The position numbers were made by a program, and so were the translations under genes. A DNA stretch of 64,000 nt, from contig NC_058382.1 in NCBI RefSeq assembly GCF_018350175.1, positions 55,056,001 to 55,120,000 on the forward strand. The letters are read 5' to 3'. This DNA comes from Felis catus. Taxonomy: Eukaryota. A model generated the notes under the pieces. That model had not been told where the DNA came from and did not search any database. It worked only from the letters and a program-made list of their open reading frames with translations. Positions 57,021 through 64,000 of this stretch are shown here, piece by piece; the first letter of the stretch is position 1, and every line of letters begins with the position of its first letter.

Positions 57021-58065
57021 AACGAAACCATGAGTGCCCTTATCCTCCAGATCCTTGTCTGAGGAATCAGGCTCGGGAAGAGTGCCCTAGGACAGGCTTG
57101 CCCCGCTCTCCTGCCCAGTAGCATCCGTCAGCCGGGGTTAGATGTGGCAGATTCTCAGGTCCTGCCCCAGACCTGCTGCCTCAGAAACTGCGGTTTAACA
57201 AAATGCCCAGGTGATTCCCACGTGTGGTTGAACTTTGAGAAGCATCGCTCTAATAGAAGGAGCCACAAAACACCCAAGGAACCCAGAAGTGCCGATTCCT
57301 GCCCCCCAACCCTAATCTACCAGAGCAAAGTCTTGGGTGCTGAGCCTGGGAAGCTGCACTGCCCATGTCCCACCCACTGGTTTAGATGACAGGCCCCATG
57401 CCTCAGCTGGGAGGAATCATGGAGGGCTTCCCCGGGGAAGTGACCGGATCTGGGTGTACAGGACATACGTAGGAATTGGCTGAGGGGGTTGATACGCTGG
57501 GCAGGGGCCATGGCTCCTACAAGGTTGCTGGCAAATTCCAGATGGCTTGGGAGGGGTGGGGACAGGAGACAGGGGTGATGGAGGGCAGAGAGGATGAAGT
57601 TTGGGGACACTTTTCTGCAAATGTGCTCTTTGGACACTGTCATTGGAGTCACACAGCCCCTGGCTCGGTGCCCCCAGGAACGGGATGGAACACCGCACCT
57701 CTGATGGGTGGCTCCTGACCAAACCAAAGTTCGAGGCGTGCTTTCAAGAAGGGGGGTCCTGGGTCAGCCCTACTGGGAGAGCTCCCAGAGCTCCCCTGGG
57801 GGAAGGGCCCAGCCTGGCCCACTGGGGCTGACCTGGGATGTGGCAGGCACACCTGGGGAACTTCAGGGGACAGCAGTGCAGGGACCTGACAGACCAGAAG
57901 GAAGGGAGGCTCAGCGAGCAGGGAGAGAACGTAAGCCCAATTCAGACCAGCTCCTGCCTGAAACAGACTTTCTGTCCTGGTGGTGCCCTAGCAGTGCCCC
58001 TGAAACCCTCCCGCCCCATCTCCTCGACAGGGGCCTTGGCTACAATAGTCAGCCCCCCAGCCTGA

Positions 58066-58347
<282 letters not shown>

Positions 58348-60779
58348 TAAATAAAATAATGGCAGGTGGAAAGGAGTGGTAGGGAGGAAGCCAGCAGGGA
58401 ATTGGTAGCTTAGAAACAGGGAGGGCCTGTTTGGCATGTGATCATCAGGGATGGTCCCTTTGAAGTCACATAAGCTGAGACCTATAAGATAAGAAGCAAT
58501 GGATGCAAAGGATGACAAGAAAAGCAAGGGCAAAGGTCCTGAGGCAGAAGGGGTTGGTATGAACTGACTTTGTAGCAAATGTGACTAGAAGTAAGAGAGA
58601 ACAGACTTGGGCCAGACTGAATAAGCCCTCAGAGGTCACAGAAGGGTTCTGGATTCCATCCAAGTTCAGTAGAAAGCTTTCAGAGACTCTAAGCAATGTT
58701 GTGAGTTATGCTTGTAAAGGCTTGTTGTGGCTGTTACCAGGAAAACTGATTTTTTCGCTGGAGCCGGGGGTGGTCCAAGCAAGAGTAGAAACAGGGAGAA
58801 CATCGACAGGGCTGATGCAGTCGTGGGTTAAGCTCCTGGTCCTGTAGCCTGGGCTAGGTTGGCAGTATAAAGTTGGGGCAAGAAAGAGGATCTGAGTAGG
58901 GAAAGGTGGGCACGTTTCCTGGGGGACTGGTGGAGCTTGGCCTTCAGAAGTCTGCTGCCCCTATCACTCTGGGTCCAGTACCAACTGCCCCGGAAGGAGT
59001 GAGTGGGGCTGCAGATAAGCCAGCGCTGAGGACGGAAGGCCTGGGCCAGGCAGCCAGACCCACCATGAGACGCCGGCACCTTCACACGCTGGAAGCCACT
59101 TGGAAGGAATCCCCAGAAGCTGGGACCACCCCTTCCCCGCCCCACCCTCAGCCCTCCAGCTCAGCCAGACCTGCGGCCAGCTTTAGAGCACCTACTATGT
59201 GCCAAGCCCAGGCTGGGGACAGGGACAGGACCAAGGTGCATGTGGTTCACCACTGCCCAGGAGGAAGCTCCGTCCTGGCAGACAGATACATGCAGTAACC
59301 AGGCCAGGACAGGGCTCGGGGACCAGCAGGGAGGGGACAGGGGACAGCCAGCCCTGCTCACTAGGGCAGAAGAGCCTTCACAAAAGGAGGTCTTGAGAAG
59401 GGAATCTGCCGAGCAGGCCAGGAGAGCCGTCAGAGGGTCCTGAGGAGCATGTGAAGCGGGGCAGGGGTGCGGCCGGCGCAGAACCAGCCTGAGTGCACCC
59501 TCCAGGGCCTCCCCGACCTGCCGGGCCCAAGTGGGTGTTTCTGCACCGTTGAGGATTACTGTGCCCCCTGAAGGCGAAGGAGCACAGATCCGGGTGCCCT
59601 AGCCAAGCAGCAAAGGGGTGTGGTCAGCCCCTTGTGGAGAAAAGCCGCTTTCGTGCATCCGAGAGACCCATGGTGCCAACTTGAGCATACTGGCCAGTGA
59701 GGCCCAACCTCTGTGCTGCGGGCATCGGATGGCCCGGAGGCTGTCTGCCTGCCTGGGGGCAGGCGGCCTGCACTCCACATCAGGCAGGCAGGGCCCTCCA
59801 GCTCATGGCCCCGTCTCTCAGGAGAACCTGGAAACCTCCGTGCCAGTTTGCCATCTCCTGATCGGAGAGGTCGGCTTCAAGAAGGTTTTACAGTGCTGCA
59901 CAGGGGAAGGCAGCCCCCAGTCTGTAGCCTCTGCCTGAGCAGCGGGGCTGGGGGCCCACGAGCCAGAGCGCAGGGGAGAAGCGCGGAGGAGCCGTGCGCA
60001 CGCACGGTAGAAGGTGACACTGGCCGGTGCCCCCACGGAGAGTCTGGAAGAGGGAGCAAAGGGAGGAGAGCCATTAGCCCTGTCGGTGCAGTGAAGGCTT
60101 GTGGAGGGAAGGCCAGCTGTTTATAAAAGAAGGAAGAGAGGCGATGTGTCTGGGTGGCAGGGATGGAGAGCGGGAAGCAGGTGTGAACAACAGCAGGTGG
60201 AAGCTTGCAGTCTAGACGGTTCCGACGCGGGGGCGTCCTGCAGGGGAAGACTCGCTGCCCCCCAGGTGCCTGCATTTATGGCGATGCCGCCGCATTTGCC
60301 TGCCCGATTTCCCGTAACGATGGCCTGTAGGCGGTGGTGACGGTGCTGGTGGTTCCCGCCTGTAGGGCACACGGCCTTGTGTTGTTCAGGGCGAGCTGTG
60401 CGTCAGGCGGTTCCACCCTTAGCACCGTCCTGTGAGCCGTGGCCGGATCACGCTGGCTCCACAGAGGAGGAGGCCGGGGGCTCTGCCCCCGGGGTCGTGC
60501 AGCCAGCAAGTGGCAGAGCTGGGGCTCCCACCGGAGCTTTCCGCCTTCAGAGCCAGGCATCCACGGCCTCGCAGAGGCAGGGGGCACGGAATCCCCTGCA
60601 GCTGTCCGCCCACCTGCGACCCCCGATCCCGGGGCTGCTGCCCTGTGCTCCCCGAGGTTACCCAGCTCTGAGCCCCAGGGAGCCCCGACGGCAAGGTGGG
60701 GAGGGCACAGTGGCTGCGGGAGAGCCAGGCACCGCCGGGCCAGGTTCGGGAAAGGACTGTCCTCCTTGCTGCCCCGCAG

Positions 60780-60833
60780 GCCAAGCTTCCCAACTTGAAG
60801 GAAGTGGACGTCCGCTACACGGAAGCCTGGTGA
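60780..60833 (+). CDS. CMIP: CMIP terminal exon 21 coding part (AKLPNLKEVDVRYTEAW*)
   Basis: ccgcag| acceptor; TGA at 60831-60833. The summed exon length of 1845 nt is an intact frame. Confidence 0.97.
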   Translation, partial: AKLPNLKEVDVRYTEAW

Positions 60834-62285
60834 AGCTCCCGGCTCGGCAGGAAGGAGTTTGCAGCTGCAACACACGACTTTTGACTAATAGCCGTAGAGC
60901 GCCGGTCCTGGGGTCCCGCCCCCAGCGTCCCGGCTGTGAGATAGATGGGGGAGTCTTTCTGGGGGCAGAGGGCGGAGGGGGGAGGGGGTGGGGAGGGGGG
61001 CCGTAAGCACGCCCAGCCCCGCCTAATTCTTTTAGCTTCATAATTGGAAACCTTGACCTGATCCAAAAAGGACTTTGTAGCAACCAGAGGAGCATCAGCG
61101 GGTCGGGGGAGAGGGTGGGGGAGGGGTGGGGGCCTTGGGGAGGGGGGACCCTTTGTGGATTTTCTTTGCCTTTGTGTTCAATGCCGTGTGGGAAAAGTCA
61201 ACTCCGATGCCACCATCACACGACCCTGATGGGCCTCGAGGGCCGAGGAAGGGTGCTTTCTTCCTCACAGGCTCCACCGAGAACTCGCCCCCGCCCCCCA
61301 CCATTGGGACAAGAAAACCCAGACATGTCATTGCACCGTCCTGTGTCCTCGCCATTGCTATGCAAAGTGATTCTTGTTGTACATAAGATTTAAATAATGC
61401 GCCTATTTAAGAAATGTTGACAAATTGCGGGTCTGGGACCTGCCTCTTATTTATGAAGTCTTTGACCCTCCCTCCCTCCCTCCTGCCCTCCCACCCCGCC
61501 CTCCCCTGGCCCGTAGTACTGTATAAACCAGTCAGCTGTTGGGGTAGTGGTAGTATTATTGTTATTTTTTTAAAGGAAACAGACAAAAAAAAAAAAACTT
61601 CCTTGGAAAATTAATTGCTTTTTCGTAATGGATTCTGTATGCTAATGCTCGGCCGTCTGTCCGCCCGCCCCCACTGTGCGTTTCCAATTCCCAGATGTCT
61701 CCAACTTGCCCCCGGGTGAGGGTCAGGCTGGGGGGCAGAAGTGGGGTCCCCACGTTGTAGTCCTGTTCCTGCCAGGCCCCGGCTTTCTCTCAGCCCCCTC
61801 TTACGCCGTTTGGGGGGTGCTAACCTGTCCTCCCTGGTCCATCCCCTGGAAGAGCTGCCCCGGCCCCGTCCCCCGGAGAGCTCCCATCTCCGGTGGCCTC
61901 TGCCATCCCTGTCCCCACTGAGACTGCGGCCTGTGGCCTCCCCGCCACCCTGTGCTTCACGTGGTCTCCTCACGCATGCCTGCTTCTCTGCATGGTCTCT
62001 TGGGAGAAGAGAGAGACGTCGCCTCCACCAGCCTGACTGCCCACCCCACCCCTATGAATGTGACCGCTACAGCACAGACACCCTTTCTGTCCCCACACCT
62101 GCCCCGAAGACAAACCAACCTCCGTTTCTTTTGTAAACAGTCGGCTTTTTCTTAACAAACCCTCCCTGTACAGAACAGCCCTTTTATGGTTTACTTGGGG
62201 TCCCCTCTCCCCCCAAGCCCCCTCTTCTGTTGGTTTAGCACAAATACCGTCCCCCTCCGGCACCCCCAGCCCTGACCCCTCAGTC

Positions 62286-62433
62286 NNNNNNNNNNNNNNN
62301 NNNNNNNNNNNNNNNNNNNNNNNNNNNNNNNNNNNNNNNNNNNNNNNNNNNNNNNNNNNNNNNNNNNNNNNNNNNNNNNNNNNNNNNNNNNNNNNNNNNN
62401 NNNNNNNNNNNNNNNNNNNNNNNNNNNNNNNNN
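62286..62433. other. Assembly gap (148 N) inside the 3'UTR
   Basis: Run of N. Confidence 0.99.
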
Positions 62434-62775
62434 TTAATTCATTTTACGTGCCAGGTTTTATTTTGTGTGTGCGTGTGAGTGTGTTCTGTTTCGTGTTTTG
62501 TTTTCTTCTGTTGTTGTTGTTTTCTGTTGTTTGGTTTTATTCTCTCCCCTCCGGTCCCAAACTTTATAGCACTCTGGTGCAGGAAGAAGCAGAAGCAAAA
62601 ACAAAAAAACAAAAAAACAAAAAAAACAAAAAAACAACAACAAAAAAAAACTCTAAAAAAGAAAAAAAAAGAGCCGAGACATGCCATCTTTTCCCTTCGC
62701 ACTGTTGCTTTTCCTGATGGTTAATACTACTGTCACGTTAGCTGTGTTCAGAGATGTGAAATACTTTCAGGCAAA

Positions 62776-62781
62776 AATAAA
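62776..62781 (+). terminator. Polyadenylation signal AATAAA
   Basis: Canonical hexamer followed by a CA ~14 nt downstream and a U/GU-rich tract (ctttctgtgc). Confidence 0.8.
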
Positions 62782-62889
62782 CTGTAAGTGACTCATTGAC
62801 ATCTGGCCTTTCTGTGCGGCTTCGAGGGAGCCTTTCGGCGGGGACGGGAAGGGGACAAGACCTGGGCCGAGGTCAGGACTCCTCTGAAC

Positions 62890-63095
62890 GTCCCGAGCTG
62901 CTCACCCTCGGCACCGTTGACGTTGGGGGCCAGACCCTCCTTTGTCACGAGGCCGTTCTGTGCATCCGAGAATGTCCTGCGTTGCCCCTGGCCTCGGCCT
63001 GCTAGATGCCAATAGTACCCAGTCCCCCCGCCCCCAGACTAGCAACCAAAACTGTCCACCAGGGACAAAATCACTCCCTGGGGGAAACCCAGGCT
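62890..63095 (-). mobile_element. MER20 downstream of the poly(A) site
   Basis: ctcggcaccgttgacgttggggg...gctagatgccaatagta...aaaatcactccc. Confidence 0.65.
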
Positions 63096-64000
63096 GCCAG
63101 TCTCTGCATCAGGGCAGCTCTCGTCCAGAACTTCTAGGACCGATGGGCCTCTTCGTCACCTGGGGGTCTTGGGAAAATGCGAGTTACGATTTCCAAGGTC
63201 TGGGTGGGGCCCGAGACTCTGCTTTCCAGGACCTCTGGGAAACCCAGATGCTGCTGGTTTTGGGAAGCCTCTCTGAGTTCAGCAGCCTAGAACCATGCAC
63301 CCGGCTGCCCGTTCACCCACATGTCCCCAGGAGGCAGTTGGAGGAGTCCAAGGAGAGACTTTGTTTCCACTCCTCTCCTAAGTCATTCGCTTTGCAGGGT
63401 TTCTTTGCCCAGTGTTACCCCAGCCCAGTGGCCCGTCGCTCACGCCCCACATCCAGCACGTTGCCTGCCTTCAGAAGCCGCTTGAGAATGTTCCTGAGTC
63501 TTCTCCTCCTCCATCGATATCTCCACCTCCCTCACCCTGGGCCGGGCCCCTCATCCCTGTCCAGGGGACCGAGCAGCCGCCTCGCTGCCTCCCTGGTCCA
63601 TCCTACACCACCTTCCTAACCCTCACTACCTGCCCCACCTCTCCACATCCCTGCTGCCCGCTCCTGGCCCTCCTCACTTCCAGAGGCCTCTGGCCACACA
63701 GGGAAAGCAGGAGCCGTGGGCGAGGATCAGGAGGGCCCCAGATTTCAGGCGTGGCGGGTGGGCCAGCTGCAGGTGGAGACGTGCGTGTACGAGGCGCGAA
63801 CGCCTGCTCCATCCCCGATCCTTCCCACCCGGGAGAGGGGGGCGGCTCACAGCAGGTGCGCCCGATACCAGATGGAAGGGGGGTCCCTGCCAGCCGTCCC
63901 GTCCTCGGTCCTCCTCCTTGCTCTGTCCTGCATCACCTGGGGCTCCTCTGCCCACTGGCTTCTGGGGGAGCCTGGAGAGTGAGGCTGCCCGGCCAGGGGT

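Larger units (their letters stand above)
60834..62797 (+). other. CMIP: CMIP 3'UTR (approximate end; contains a 148-N gap)
   Basis: Runs from the stop codon to just past AATAAA; AU-rich, transposon-free blocks. Confidence 0.8.

Noticed and set aside
60831-60840. Possible stop-codon readthrough
   Set aside because: The context is TGA AGC, not the TGA CTAG readthrough motif.
62942-63619. 225-aa ORF downstream of the poly(A) site
   Set aside because: It runs through MER20 and other old repeat sequence; no evidence for a separate gene.

Overview
This is mammalian genomic DNA from a felid, judged by multiple feliform-type Can-SINEs. It holds the 3' three-quarters of CMIP (c-Maf-inducing protein) on the + strand. 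I mapped 18 coding exons by hand, equivalent to exons 4-21 in human numbering as I recall it. All have GT-AG boundaries and consistent phases, and they total 1845 nt (614 aa + TGA at 60831-60833), ending in the leucine-rich-repeat region. A ~1.95 kb 3'UTR follows, with AATAAA at 62776. The introns carry Can-SINEs, MIR, L1, L2, MLT1, MER3, MER20 and MER58 remnants and microsatellites, and there are two assembly gaps. The most notable observations are: (1) a short alternative first coding exon (ATG GCG GGT GTT GCC CAG|GTAACG, MAGVAQ) that splices in frame to exon 4 and would give a PH-domain-less 620-aa CMIP, flanked by AP-1 and ARE/MARE-like sites; (2) a candidate poison exon after micro-exon 5; (3) an intragenic CpG-rich element in intron 7 with a perfect antisense splice donor; (4) a nested triple SINE and an inverted SINE pair; (5) 3'UTR G-quadruplex, Pumilio and miRNA-seed motifs. 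I found no evidence for a wholly novel biological system. The non-exonic ORFs in the six-frame track look like chance ORFs in GC-rich intron.
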